A stretch of 47,083 nucleotides of DNA from assembly GCA_035936615.1 (NCBI GenBank), contig DASYWC010000195.1:1-47083 (forward strand), given 5' to 3'. The DNA comes from Allosphingosinicella sp. (lineage in GTDB: Bacteria > Pseudomonadota > Alphaproteobacteria > Sphingomonadales > Sphingomonadaceae). The notes beneath the pieces are model-generated. The model was not told where the DNA came from and searched no databases. It saw only the letters and a list, made by a program, of their open reading frames with translations. A program made the position numbers and the translations under genes. Positions 30,130 to 39,639 of this stretch are shown here, one piece after another; within the stretch, counting starts at the first letter, position 1, and every line of letters begins with the position of its first letter.

Positions 30130-30636
30130 TTAAATCCTGGGTGGGGGATCGCTGCGGGCCCCGGTGGACTGAAGCAGCAGGGCTGCGTGCGGGCTGTCGA
30201 ACCTTGTGAGTTCCAGAACCGCTCCCGTGAAACGAGACGAAAGCTCCGCTTCTTCGAGCGTCCGAACGCCGGCCCGCGGATCGTGAATCCGGAATCGGCG
30301 AGCGTCTGAAAGGTCCCGCTCGACCGAAACCAACACCACGAAGTGAACCGCGTTCCAGTGGAGGATCGCGGGGAGCGCGAGTTGTTCGAGATGCTGGGGC
30401 CCGCCTTCGAAGCCGCGCGCGCGAAGCCCGATCCGGGCTGCTGCGCCGATCAGCGCCTTGAGCGTCGCTCCTTGCGCAGACAGCATGCAAAGCCGGCGCA
30501 GCTCGGGGAGGCCGGCGTTGAGGCCGTGATACCCTGCGACCATTGCCAGGCACGCCAGCCCACATTCGTTGGGGGCTGCCTGAGGGACATAGGGCGTCGA
30601 GCCTGTGTGGAGGCTCAGAGCACCGGCGGTATCCGT
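30130..30636 (-). CDS. Stand-alone C39 cysteine peptidase (PCAT leader-peptidase domain without ABC transporter); start codon unclear
   Basis: The frame extends upstream of the tracked ORF: TPYVPQAAPNECGLACLAMVAGYHG...LPAILHWNAVHFVVL...IHDP (Q, C, H, D all present); stops right after LELT. Only a CTG (30618) is in frame; the ATG at 30640 is out of frame. Confidence 0.75.
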   Translation of the reverse strand, partial: TDTAGALSLHTGSTPYVPQAAPNECGLACLAMVAGYHGLNAGLPELRRLCMLSAQGATLKALIGAAARIGLRARGFEGGPQHLEQLALPAILHWNAVHFVVLVSVERDLSDARRFRIHDPRAGVRTLEEAELSSRFTGAVLELTRFDSPHAALLLQSTGARSDPPPRI

Positions 30637-30766
30637 TCATTCCGCAGCGGTCCCGCAACAAGCCAGGGCTTGGATGATTCGAAGCTGGGTGCGTTTCCGC
30701 AGCAGGTCATGCCAGTTCCTCCCATTCCCGCCGAATCGGCTGGAACAAATAAAGAACATCTCAAAT

Positions 30767-30795
30767 CCTATTTGCAAACGCATTTTCCAAATAGG
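30767..30795. promoter_or_regulatory. AT-rich inverted repeat, candidate operator
   Basis: CCTATTTGCAAA-CGCAT-TTTCCAAATAGG (12-bp arms, one mismatch) upstream of the C39 gene. Confidence 0.4.
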
Positions 30796-30851
30796 TTAGA
30801 ACACCGGCAATCGAATCACCCGAGTGGGCCGGATGGGAGGGTTGGCAGCGC

Positions 30852-31820
30852 CTAGTTGACGGGCAGGTTCGGGACCAGCGGCGCGCCCTGGCGCTGCTTC
30901 AGCCGGATCTCCTGGATCGTCCTCAGGGCCGCTGCGATGCGCTCTGCGCGACCCGGATGGGTGCCGTCGGAGAACGTTTCCAAAAACGCGCTTGGGCCCG
31001 AGCGCTGCCAGAAAGCCGGGGCAGCCTCCAGGTCGAACCCGGCGCGGGCGAGCATGTAGAGCGCCAGGTAGTCGGCCTCCATCTCCGTCCGCCTGATCTT
31101 GGCCGCGCTTCCGTCGAGCGCCCTTAGGACGCCGCGCGATGCCTTCTGCCGGTCGAGCCGAACCCTGTGACCGAGCGCGTTGTGCGCCATTTCGTGGGCG
31201 ATCACGAGAGCAAGCTCGTCGTCACTACCGGCCTGCTCCACGATTGCGGTGGTGATCTGGGCGTAGGTTCCGTCGGCCTTGGCGTTGAGCTTGCCCGAAG
31301 GGACGAGCTGCACGCGCGAAAGGCAGCCGGGCTCCGGCCGAAGGGTCGCCGATCGCCTGCTTCCCTCCCGGTTGAATTCGATCTCCACCGGACCCGATTC
31401 CATGCTCGCGAGCAGCAGCTCTTCCACCGCCTGCACCCGGCCGTAGCTCCCCCTGCTCCTGGCCGCGGCTCGCGGGAAAGCCCTGCCGCCGACGGTGAGG
31501 ATCGCATCTCCCCGCCGAAGCCCGGCCCGATCCGCGGCGCTCCCCGGGATAACCGCCAGCACCGCAAGCTCTTCGCCAAGGCCGAACGTAGCGGCGGCCG
31601 ATGCCCTGTCGCGGGCGGAATACTGCTCCAGGCCATGCAGGAGCAGCCCGCTAAGCGGCATGGTTCGAGGGCAAATGTCCGCGTTGGAGCGCGCGAGGCG
31701 GTGGCCCAGCGTCGCAACCCGCTCATCCATCGCCTGAAGCGCGACCAGCGCCGGATCCGGCGCGGCGAGGGCCGCCACCGGAAGGCACAGGATTGCAAGG
31801 AGGAGACTAGGCTTCAGCAC
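30852..31820 (-). CDS. M48 family metallopeptidase with PDZ domain
   Basis: Signal peptide; V.PGSAADRAGLRRGD PDZ; ELALVIAHEMAHN, E.EAD and THP. Confidence 0.85.
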   Translation of the reverse strand: MLKPSLLLAILCLPVAALAAPDPALVALQAMDERVATLGHRLARSNADICPRTMPLSGLLLHGLEQYSARDRASAAATFGLGEELAVLAVIPGSAADRAGLRRGDAILTVGGRAFPRAAARSRGSYGRVQAVEELLLASMESGPVEIEFNREGSRRSATLRPEPGCLSRVQLVPSGKLNAKADGTYAQITTAIVEQAGSDDELALVIAHEMAHNALGHRVRLDRQKASRGVLRALDGSAAKIRRTEMEADYLALYMLARAGFDLEAAPAFWQRSGPSAFLETFSDGTHPGRAERIAAALRTIQEIRLKQRQGAPLVPNLPVN

Positions 31821-31871
31821 CCGAAAGACTTAGTCCGGCGCCGAACAGCTGGCAACGCGGGAGAAAACCGC

Positions 31872-32765
31872 ATGGAACTTCGAACCGACCGAATCCTCCT
31901 CTCGACCGGAGTGACCCTCAACGTCTGCCGGGGGGGGGAGGGGGATCCGATCATCTTCCTTCATGGCTTCCCCGAATCCCACCGCACCTGGCGGCACCAA
32001 CTGGCCGACCTTTCAAAGGATCATTTCGTCGTCGCTCCCGATCAGCGCGGCTTTGCGTCCTCCGACAAGCCGAGGGGCGTGAAGGAGTACCAGACGGACA
32101 AGATCGTCGCCGACGTCATGGCGCTTGCCGACGCGCTCGGCATCGACAAATTCACGCTGGTGGGCCACGACTGGGGCGGAGCCGTGGCGTGGCTCGCGGC
32201 GCTCACCCACCCGTTCCGGGTCAAGCGCCTGGTCATCGTCAACGCTCCGCATCCGCTCATATTCCAGAAGAGCCTGATCGATGACGAGGATCAGCGGGCC
32301 GCCTCCCAGTACATCCGCGCGCTGCGCCGCCCGATGGCGGACAAGGGCATAAAGGCGATGGGCCTGGAGACCTTCTTCGACAGGGTGATCGCGGGCTACG
32401 CCGACACCTCGAAGCTGCCTGTCGAGGAGCGCCGCCGCTACATCGAGGACTGGTCCCGCCCCGGCGCCCTCAAGTCCATGATCGCCTGGTACAAGGCCTC
32501 GAAGGTCGAAGTGCCCAAGGTCGGCGAAGACGCGAAGGCGCCGCTCTGGACCCACGCCCCCTTCCCGAGCCTTTCGATGCCGGTTCTGGTCGTATGGGGA
32601 ATGAACGACACCGCGCTCCTCCCAGTCCAGCTGGAAGGCCTCGATAAGCTGGTGGACGACCTCCGCATCGTAAAGGTGCCCGACGCAAGCCATTTCGTCA
32701 CCTGGGAACGGCCGGAAGCAGTCACCGGAACGATCCGGGAGTTCCTCGCCGAAACCGGGCCGTGA
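31872..32765 (+). CDS. Alpha/beta hydrolase (epoxide hydrolase-like)
   Basis: LHGFPE, DQRG, GHDWGG, WGMND and SHFV. Confidence 0.92.
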   Translation: MELRTDRILLSTGVTLNVCRGGEGDPIIFLHGFPESHRTWRHQLADLSKDHFVVAPDQRGFASSDKPRGVKEYQTDKIVADVMALADALGIDKFTLVGHDWGGAVAWLAALTHPFRVKRLVIVNAPHPLIFQKSLIDDEDQRAASQYIRALRRPMADKGIKAMGLETFFDRVIAGYADTSKLPVEERRRYIEDWSRPGALKSMIAWYKASKVEVPKVGEDAKAPLWTHAPFPSLSMPVLVVWGMNDTALLPVQLEGLDKLVDDLRIVKVPDASHFVTWERPEAVTGTIREFLAETGP

Positions 32766-33238
32766 GCCGCCTCAGCGTCAGGCGAGCGAGGAAGAGCGAC
32801 TTGGATGCCGTTGCGGCCGTCTGGCACGAAAGCGCATCCAGAATGGATGGGGCCGTCGCGGACATGCCGACGCGCGAGGCCCTTCGCCAGCACATCGATG
32901 CGGAACTGCGCTCCGACTGGCATCTCTATGTTGCCCTCCGCGACGAGCATGTTGTGGGCATGCTGGCGCTGAAGCCGCAACTGGCAGTACTCGATCAGAT
33001 TTTTGTTGCTCCGGATGAGCAGGGAAGAGGCGTGGGCCGGGCTATGCTGGACCTCGCTAAGCAGCTGATGCCGTCGGGCTTTACGCTCAGAATGGATGCA
33101 GCCAACAACCAAGCGCGGCGCTTCTACGAGGCGCAGGGCCTGACGAAGCTGGACGAGGGAACCCACCCCTGGACCGGCAAGCCCGTGCACTTCTACGGCT
33201 GGATGCTGACAGCATCCTCTACCCGAACGCGGTGCTGA
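32762..33238 (+). CDS. GNAT family N-acetyltransferase
   Basis: IFVAPDEQGRGVG and N..ARRFYE; GTGA overlap with the upstream gene. Confidence 0.85.
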   Translation: MSRLSVRRARKSDLDAVAAVWHESASRMDGAVADMPTREALRQHIDAELRSDWHLYVALRDEHVVGMLALKPQLAVLDQIFVAPDEQGRGVGRAMLDLAKQLMPSGFTLRMDAANNQARRFYEAQGLTKLDEGTHPWTGKPVHFYGWMLTASSTRTRC

Positions 33239-33451
33239 CTCCCCTCCGTCCTAGAAGCGTAGCCCCAGCCCTCCCACGAGCTGGTTGGTGGTGGCGTCGC
33301 CGAAGGGTGAGGATCTTCTTCATCGGGGGCTTTTCATTCTGAGTGATCCATGCCGCACGTCCGGCATGGCTGCTTGCCGCAGGACGAACCGCAGAAACCG
33401 GCCTAGGAATAGCGCTTGGGCTTCGAGCCGCCCGCCGCTATGCCGCCGCCG

Positions 33452-33907
33452 ATGTCACAGACCTCCGCACGTTCCAAATCGCGCTCCGCCGCCCGCCTCG
33501 CAGCGGTCCAGGCGCTCTACCAGCAGGAGATGGAGAAGACTCCGATCCCGACGCTGCTCCACGAATTCCACCACCACCGGCTTGGGGCGACGATCGAGGA
33601 CGTGGAATATACCGACGCGGAAGTCGATTTCTTCGACGACGTGGTGAAGGGCGTGCACTCGCGCTCCGCCGAACTGGATTCCGTCATCGCCTCCAAGCTC
33701 GCCAAGGGCTGGTCGCTCTCCCGCCTCGACAAGCCGATGCGCCAGATCCTTCGAGCCGGAACCTACGAGCTGGTCTCGCGAATCGACGTTCCGACGGCCA
33801 GCGTCATCTCCGAATATGTCGACGTCGCCCACGCCTTCTACGACAAGCGCGAAGCGGCCTTCGTCAACGGCCTCCTCGACGCGGTAGCGAAGGAAGTTAG
33901 GACCTAA
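33452..33907 (+). CDS. nusB: Transcription antitermination factor NusB
   Basis: RSAARLAAVQALYQ, RLD..ILRAG.YEL and FVNGLLD. Confidence 0.96.
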   Translation: MSQTSARSKSRSAARLAAVQALYQQEMEKTPIPTLLHEFHHHRLGATIEDVEYTDAEVDFFDDVVKGVHSRSAELDSVIASKLAKGWSLSRLDKPMRQILRAGTYELVSRIDVPTASVISEYVDVAHAFYDKREAAFVNGLLDAVAKEVRT

Positions 33908-33910
33908 ACA

Positions 33911-34046
33911 CCTTCTCCCGTTGGGAGAGGCAACGGAGCCTTAGCGACGAAGGAGCTTAGGCGTAGTCGGTGAGGGGTTAGGATGTTGGTAAGTTTCCTC
34001 GAAGTCCGTACCCCCTCACCCCGACCCTCTCCCCTTGGGAGAGGGA
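33911..34046. repeat. REP/RIME-like palindromic element (type 1)
   Basis: CCTTCTCCCGTTGGGAGAGG...GTGAGGGG / CCCCTCACC...CCCTCTCCCCTTGGGAGAGGG. Confidence 0.7.
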
Positions 34047-34047
34047 G

Positions 34048-35001
34048 ATGAGCGGCGAATCCCGCTTCATCGATTCCCTTCGCGCGCTCGTCACCGACCC
34101 GGCCGCCCGTGAGCTGCTCGACGATGCGGCGGTGCTGGAGGTCGGCTCGGCCCGGCTCGTCCTCACCCACGACATAGTCGCGGAGGGCGTGCACTTCCTG
34201 CCCGGAGACCCGCCGGGCGACGTGGCCTGGAAGCTGGTCGCGGTGAACCTGTCGGACCTCGCCGCAAAGGGTGCGAGGCCCCTGGGAGCCCTGCTCGGCT
34301 ATAGCCTCGCGGCCGACGGCGAATGGAACTCGGCGTTCGTGGAGGGGCTGCGACTGGCGCTAGACGGCTTCGGGCTGAAGCTTCTGGGGGGCGACACCAT
34401 TTGCCTGCCGGAAGGCGCTCCGCGCGCCTTCGGCCTCACCGCGATCGGCGAAGCGTCCGGGCCGGTCCCCAGCCGCTCCGGCGCCAAGCCGGGCGATCAC
34501 CTGTGGGTGAGCGGCACGATCGGCGATGCCGGAGCTGGCCTCGCCGTGGCGCGCGGCGAGCTTCACGGCGCGGCCTCGCTGATCGAGCGGTACCGGCTTC
34601 CCAGGCCCCGGCTTGAGGCGGGCCAAGCCCTCGCTCCCCTGGTGAGCGCGATGATGGACGTGTCGGACGGGCTTCTGATCGACCTCGCCCGAATGGCCGA
34701 GGCCAGCGGGGTGGCGGCGGTCATCGAGCTGGATACCGTTCCTCTGTCCGAAGCCTATATCGCGGCCCGCGGTGAGGAGCGCGAAGCCCGCATCGCAGCC
34801 GCCACCGCGGGCGACGATTACGAATTGCTGTTCTCTGCCGATCCGGCTCAGGCCCCGGCCATCCTCGCCGCCTCCGATGCTCTGGGGCTCCCCTTCAGCC
34901 GGATCGGCCATGCTTTCGAAGGACAGGGGCTCCGCCTCACCGACCGTGGGGGCGAGGTGCCGCTCCCGACGCGCCTCGGATACCAGCACCGCTCCTCCTG
35001 A
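34048..35001 (+). CDS. thiL: Thiamine-phosphate kinase
   Basis: DDAA, EGVHF, VNLSDLAAKGA.P, GGDT, MDVSDGL and GDDYELLF; follows nusB. Confidence 0.95.
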   Translation: MSGESRFIDSLRALVTDPAARELLDDAAVLEVGSARLVLTHDIVAEGVHFLPGDPPGDVAWKLVAVNLSDLAAKGARPLGALLGYSLAADGEWNSAFVEGLRLALDGFGLKLLGGDTICLPEGAPRAFGLTAIGEASGPVPSRSGAKPGDHLWVSGTIGDAGAGLAVARGELHGAASLIERYRLPRPRLEAGQALAPLVSAMMDVSDGLLIDLARMAEASGVAAVIELDTVPLSEAYIAARGEEREARIAAATAGDDYELLFSADPAQAPAILAASDALGLPFSRIGHAFEGQGLRLTDRGGEVPLPTRLGYQHRSS

Positions 35002-35159
35002 AAACTCCATCTTCTCTGAAGCTTGAATCATTGCGCCTTGCCGAATAAGAGGCACGCACGTCCGGGCGCGCTCGCTTTGGGGCTCCTTTGCCCTGCCCGG
35101 CTTCTAGGGCACCGTCGAAGCGCCGCTTCGGTGGGTAAGTTTTCAGGGGAAGAAATGTC

Positions 35160-37307
35160 ATGACCGTCGTGCTCGTCGCCATAGTCTGCGGCCTCATCGC
35201 AGTGCTCTACGGCTTCATCACCAGCCGCCAGGTGCTCGCTATGTCCGCGGGCAACGAGAAGATGCAGGATATCGCGCTCGCCATCCAGGAAGGCGCGAAG
35301 GCCTATCTCGGCCGGCAATATACGACCATCGCCATCGTTGGCGTGGTCGTTGCGGTGCTGGTTCTGCTGTTCCTCGAGGTTACCTCGGCGATCGGCTTCG
35401 TCCTTGGAGCGGTGCTCTCGGGCGTTGCCGGTTATATCGGCATGAACATCTCCGTGCGAGCAAACGTTCGGACCGCTGAAGCCGCTCGAACCAGCCTCCA
35501 GCGCGGCCTCACGGTCGCCTTTCGCGCAGGCGCGGTCACCGGCCTGCTCGTGGCCGGCCTCGCGCTCCTTGCGATCGCCGGCTTCTTCTACGTCCTGGTC
35601 GAGATCGGCGGCGAGAACCCGGCAAGTCGCGAAGTCATCGACGCCCTCGTCGCACTTGCCTTCGGAGCCTCGCTCATTTCCATCTTCGCGCGTCTCGGCG
35701 GCGGAATCTTCACCAAGGCAGCCGACGTCGGCGCCGACCTCGTCGGCAAGGTGGAGGCCGGAATCCCCGAGGACGACCCTCGCAACCCCGCAGTCATCGC
35801 GGACAACGTCGGCGACAATGTCGGCGACTGCGCCGGAATGGCCGCCGATCTGTTCGAAACCTACGTGGTCACCGTCGGCGCAACCATGGTTCTGATCGCG
35901 CTTCTGGTCGGAGCGACCGGAGGCAACGTGCTTGCGCTGATGTCGCTTCCGCTGATCATCGGCGGAGTCTGCATCATCACCTCCATCATCGGCACCTATT
36001 TCGTCCGCCTGGGCCGCAAGGAATCGATCATGGGCGCCCTCTACAAGGGCTTCTGGCTCACCGCCGGCCTTTCGGTTCCGGCGATCTACGTCGCCACCAT
36101 GCTCACCGTGGGGGACATGGACGCGGTCCTCGGAAGCGCACGCACCGCTGGCGGGCTCGAGGCGGAGCCCCAGGTGGTCGCAGGCGCCGGCAACTTCACC
36201 GGCAACGACCTGTTCTTCTCGATGCTGGTCGGCCTGGCGGTCACCGGCCTCATCGTCTGGATCACCGAATATTATACCGGCACCAACTACCGTCCGGTGA
36301 AGTCGATCGCCAAGGCGTCGGAGACCGGCCACGGCACCAACGTCATCCAAGGCCTTGCCATCAGCCTTGAATCGACCGCTCTCCCGACCATCGTCATCTG
36401 CGTCGGGATCATCGTGGCCTACCAGCTCGCGGGCCTCATCGGAATCGCCTTCGCGGCGACCGCGATGCTTGCTCTGGCGGGCATGGTGGTGGCGCTCGAC
36501 GCCTACGGGCCGGTCACCGACAACGCGGGCGGAATCGCCGAAATGGCGCATATGGAAGACGCGGTGCGAGTGCGCACCGACGCCCTCGACGCGGTCGGCA
36601 ACACCACCAAGGCGGTCACCAAGGGCTATGCGATCGGCTCGGCCGGTCTGGCGGCCCTGGTCCTGTTCGGAGCCTATACGACCGACCTCAGGCTGTTCTT
36701 CCCGGGAGTCGCGGTCGATTTCTCGCTGAGCAACCCGTACGTCATCGTCGGTCTGCTTCTTGGAGCGCTTCTGCCCTACATCTTCGGAGCCATGGGAATG
36801 ACCGCGGTCGGCAGGGCGGCCGGTTCGGTGGTCGAGGAAGTGCGCGCCCAGTTCCGCAACAACCCTGGCATCATGGAGGGCACCAGCCGTCCCAATTACG
36901 CCCGCACCGTCGACCTCGTCACCAAGGCCGCGATCAAGGAGATGATCATCCCCTCGCTGCTCCCGGTGGCCGCTCCGATCGTGGTCTATTTCCTGATCAG
37001 CTGGGTCGCGGGCCAGGGCAACGGCTTCGCCGCCCTCGGCGCGCTGCTTTTGGGCGTGATCGTCTCCGGCCTGTTCGTCGCGATCTCGATGACGTCCGGC
37101 GGCGGGGCCTGGGACAACGCGAAGAAGTATATCGAGGACGGCAACCACGGCGGCAAGGGCTCCGAAGCCCACAAGGCCGCGGTGACCGGCGACACGGTCG
37201 GCGATCCCTACAAGGACACTGCCGGCCCGGCCGTCAATCCGATGATCAAGATCACGAACATCGTCGCACTGCTGCTTCTCGCAGCGCTCGCGGGCGGCGC
37301 GGGCTGA
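35160..37307 (+). CDS. hppA: Membrane-bound pyrophosphatase (ion-pumping PPase), K+-independent type
   Basis: [35 protein letters not shown] and [11 protein letters not shown]. Confidence 0.97.
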   Translation: MTVVLVAIVCGLIAVLYGFITSRQVLAMSAGNEKMQDIALAIQEGAKAYLGRQYTTIAIVGVVVAVLVLLFLEVTSAIGFVLGAVLSGVAGYIGMNISVRANVRTAEAARTSLQRGLTVAFRAGAVTGLLVAGLALLAIAGFFYVLVEIGGENPASREVIDALVALAFGASLISIFARLGGGIFTKAADVGADLVGKVEAGIPEDDPRNPAVIADNVGDNVGDCAGMAADLFETYVVTVGATMVLIALLVGATGGNVLALMSLPLIIGGVCIITSIIGTYFVRLGRKESIMGALYKGFWLTAGLSVPAIYVATMLTVGDMDAVLGSARTAGGLEAEPQVVAGAGNFTGNDLFFSMLVGLAVTGLIVWITEYYTGTNYRPVKSIAKASETGHGTNVIQGLAISLESTALPTIVICVGIIVAYQLAGLIGIAFAATAMLALAGMVVALDAYGPVTDNAGGIAEMAHMEDAVRVRTDALDAVGNTTKAVTKGYAIGSAGLAALVLFGAYTTDLRLFFPGVAVDFSLSNPYVIVGLLLGALLPYIFGAMGMTAVGRAAGSVVEEVRAQFRNNPGIMEGTSRPNYARTVDLVTKAAIKEMIIPSLLPVAAPIVVYFLISWVAGQGNGFAALGALLLGVIVSGLFVAISMTSGGGAWDNAKKYIEDGNHGGKGSEAHKAAVTGDTVGDPYKDTAGPAVNPMIKITNIVALLLLAALAGGAG

Positions 37308-37328
37308 TCGTTCCCTGAGGTAATTGCC

Positions 37329-37366
37329 GAAAGCCCGTCCGAGGAAACTCGGGCGGGCTTTCCTTT
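37329..37366 (+). terminator. Rho-independent terminator
   Basis: GAAAGCCCGTCCGAG/CTCGGGCGGGCTTTC stem. Confidence 0.8.
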
Positions 37367-37488
37367 GCCTCCGCGCGGAGCTGATCACCGTCATGAGACT
37401 GTCTGCTACAGGCCGCAAGAGCCTCCAAAGCCGCCGAACACCGGGGCAATGTTCTAAAATCAAAGCTCTTTGGCTGTGCTGAGCCAAG

Positions 37489-38073
37489 TCACGGGACTTT
37501 GTTGGCCTCGCTAAAATCCAGCCGAGGCCCCCGCGGCCGGTGGGTTGCTGTATCGGGATGGCCGAGAGTCATAATGAAGTTCGAGCGTACGCTCGCTCCG
37601 CTGAAGAAGGCCCGATCGACCGCAGCATTGTCGAAGCCAGACATTGGGCCGACACCGAAGCCAAGGGATCGGGCGGCGATGATCAGATAGGCGCCCTGCA
37701 GCGACGACTTGCGGAGAGCCGTGTCTCTGATCACCTGCTCATTACCTACGAACCAGCTGCGGGCGTCGGTCGCTGGATAGAGGTGTGGGAGCTTCTCATA
37801 GAACTCCATGTCCATCCCCAGAATTGCCGCCGCGGGCGCCTTCATGATTTTGTCCGCGTTCGCGGAAGAGGCGCACTCGGCGAGCCGCGACTTTGCATCC
37901 TCGCTCAAGCACCAGACGATCCGTGCCGGCATGCAGTTGGCGGACGTGGGCCCCCACTTCATCAGTTCCCAGATGGACCTGACCTCCTCCGGCGTTACCT
38001 CCCGAGGGTGATAAAAGTTGGCCGTTCGGGCACAGCGAAAAATCAGGTCTAGATCCCGGTCGGAGAGGGGCAT
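37489..38073 (-). CDS. rutE: Malonic semialdehyde reductase RutE-like nitroreductase
   Basis: ART, WGPTSANC.P.R, SSLQGAY, GPMSGFD and SNF..LG. Confidence 0.8.
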   Translation of the reverse strand: MPLSDRDLDLIFRCARTANFYHPREVTPEEVRSIWELMKWGPTSANCMPARIVWCLSEDAKSRLAECASSANADKIMKAPAAAILGMDMEFYEKLPHLYPATDARSWFVGNEQVIRDTALRKSSLQGAYLIIAARSLGFGVGPMSGFDNAAVDRAFFSGASVRSNFIMTLGHPDTATHRPRGPRLDFSEANKVP

Positions 38074-38164
38074 TTCTGGTCCAAGATAGAGGGTAGGGCA
38101 GCATCAGCTATGCCCTGAGCAAACGCGCGTGGCGGCTTTGAGAGCCGCAGCCCTCCGGGGCGCA

Positions 38165-39424
38165 TTATTTCAGCCAATCTGGTACCCGCTCGGCCGCCAT
38201 GATCTCGCTTGGCGGGATGCGGTCAGCGACGACGGCGAAAGTGTCGCCGCTCACGAGCACTTCAGCAATGAAACCCCGCGAGTTGTAGCTGCTGGCCATT
38301 GTCGCACCGTAAGCGCCCGCGGTTCGGAAAATTGCCAGGTCCCCCGCCTCAAGCTCATCGCATTCCCGATCCGTTGCAAAGGTATCCCCGGTCTCGCAGA
38401 CCGGGCCCACGATATGCGCAATAGTCGTTTTGCCGCTGGGCCGAACTGCTTCGAAATCGTGCCAGGCGCCGTACATCGCGGGGCGGGCCAGATCGTTCAT
38501 GCCGGCATCGACGACGACGAAAGGCCGGCCGATCCCCCGCTTCACCCGTATGACTCGAGTGAGCAGCACGCCCGCATTTCCCGCGATCACGCGCCCCGGC
38601 TCGAAGCATAGCCGCACATCCCATCCACGAGTGACACGCTCGACCATGGCGCCGTATTCCGCGGGAGAGGGAAGAACTTCGCCCGTCTTGTACGGTACAC
38701 CGAGGCCGCCGCCGAGATCGGCATGGCTGACAGTGCAGCCACGCTCTCGCAGCTCCGCTATCAGCGCCCCCACTTTCCCAAAGGCGTTCTCAAGCGGTTC
38801 AAGATTGCTCAACTGGCTGCCGATGTGGACCGCGATCCCGCGCAAATCGAGCCCATCCTTTGCAGCGAGCCGTGAGTAGATCCCCGCTGCCTGGTCAAGT
38901 GCCACGCCGAACTTGTCCTCGCGTTTGCCGGTGGAGATTTTGGCATGCGTGCGAGCATCTACGTCGGGATTTACCCTCAGCGCACAGGCGGCGCGCGTGC
39001 CGCGCGAGCGGGCGAGCTCGGCGAGCTCACAGCCCTCTTCCTCGCTTTCGGCGTTAAACTGGCCGATCCCGGCTTCCAGCCCCTGCAGCAATTCCGCGCG
39101 GGTCTTGCCTACGCCCGAGAAAACGATGTCCTGCGGTCTCATTCCTGCGGCCAGCGCCCGGGTCAACTCACCGCCTGAGACTACGTCCGCGCCATACCCC
39201 TCCTTAGCGAGGACATTCATTACCGCCAGGTTCGGATTGGCCTTGACGGCGAAGGCGAGGTGCGGGTTGTTGAGTCTCGATAGCGCTTCACGGAATACAC
39301 GCGCGTGCCTCTGCAAGGTGGCGCGCGAATAGACGTAGACCGGTGTGCCGACTTCCTCTGCTATACGGGAAAGCGGTACGTCCTCAGCATAAAGCATGCC
39401 GTCGCGAAGCTGAAAATGGTCCAT
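38165..39424 (-). CDS. lysA: Diaminopimelate decarboxylase
   Basis: FAVKAN, DVVSGGE, HIGSQ, DLGGGLG, EPGR, GPVCETGD and GAYG. Confidence 0.96.
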   Translation of the reverse strand: MDHFQLRDGMLYAEDVPLSRIAEEVGTPVYVYSRATLQRHARVFREALSRLNNPHLAFAVKANPNLAVMNVLAKEGYGADVVSGGELTRALAAGMRPQDIVFSGVGKTRAELLQGLEAGIGQFNAESEEEGCELAELARSRGTRAACALRVNPDVDARTHAKISTGKREDKFGVALDQAAGIYSRLAAKDGLDLRGIAVHIGSQLSNLEPLENAFGKVGALIAELRERGCTVSHADLGGGLGVPYKTGEVLPSPAEYGAMVERVTRGWDVRLCFEPGRVIAGNAGVLLTRVIRVKRGIGRPFVVVDAGMNDLARPAMYGAWHDFEAVRPSGKTTIAHIVGPVCETGDTFATDRECDELEAGDLAIFRTAGAYGATMASSYNSRGFIAEVLVSGDTFAVVADRIPPSEIMAAERVPDWLK

Positions 39425-39522
39425 GGTGGCGGGCTGTGCCGAATTTTGGCTCCGGCGTCGAGCAACGGCGCCAATGTTTCCGATCGACGCAAAAGGGCCT
39501 TCCGAATGGATGACGGACCCTA

Positions 39523-39612
39523 GACGTCTGCCTTTCGACCGACTGCGGACATTCCGCTATTGGCGCCGGCCTAGGCTGCCGGCAATGTCTGCTAGTGGCG
39601 CAAAGCTGCCAC
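39523..39612 (+). repeat. Bipartite palindromic element, copy 1
   Basis: ACGTCTGCCTTTCGACCGACTGCGGACATTCCGCTATTGG ... AATGTCTGCTAGTGGCGCAAAGC. Confidence 0.6.
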
Positions 39613-39639
39613 GGCCCCGATCACGAACCCAGAAGCACG

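Noticed and set aside
30700-30720. Sigma-54 promoter (TGGCATGACCTGCTGC) upstream of the C39 gene
   Set aside because: GG-to-GC spacing does not fit the required 10 nt.
31167-31871. N-terminal extension of the alpha/beta hydrolase (532-aa ORF)
   Set aside because: It overlaps the M48 gene antisense; the hydrolase domain starts at ATG 31872.
31929-31945. Poly-G tract as a phase-variation switch
   Set aside because: In frame (RGGEGD) in an ordinary hydrolase; no evidence of slippage from a single sequence.
35028-37487. 819-aa minus-strand ORF and similar long ORFs (16670-18934, 18270-20333, 23751-25592, 9444-10565)
   Set aside because: Antisense or alternate-frame shadows of hppA, purD, the CBS transporter, cobT and uvrB, as expected in high-GC DNA; no motifs.
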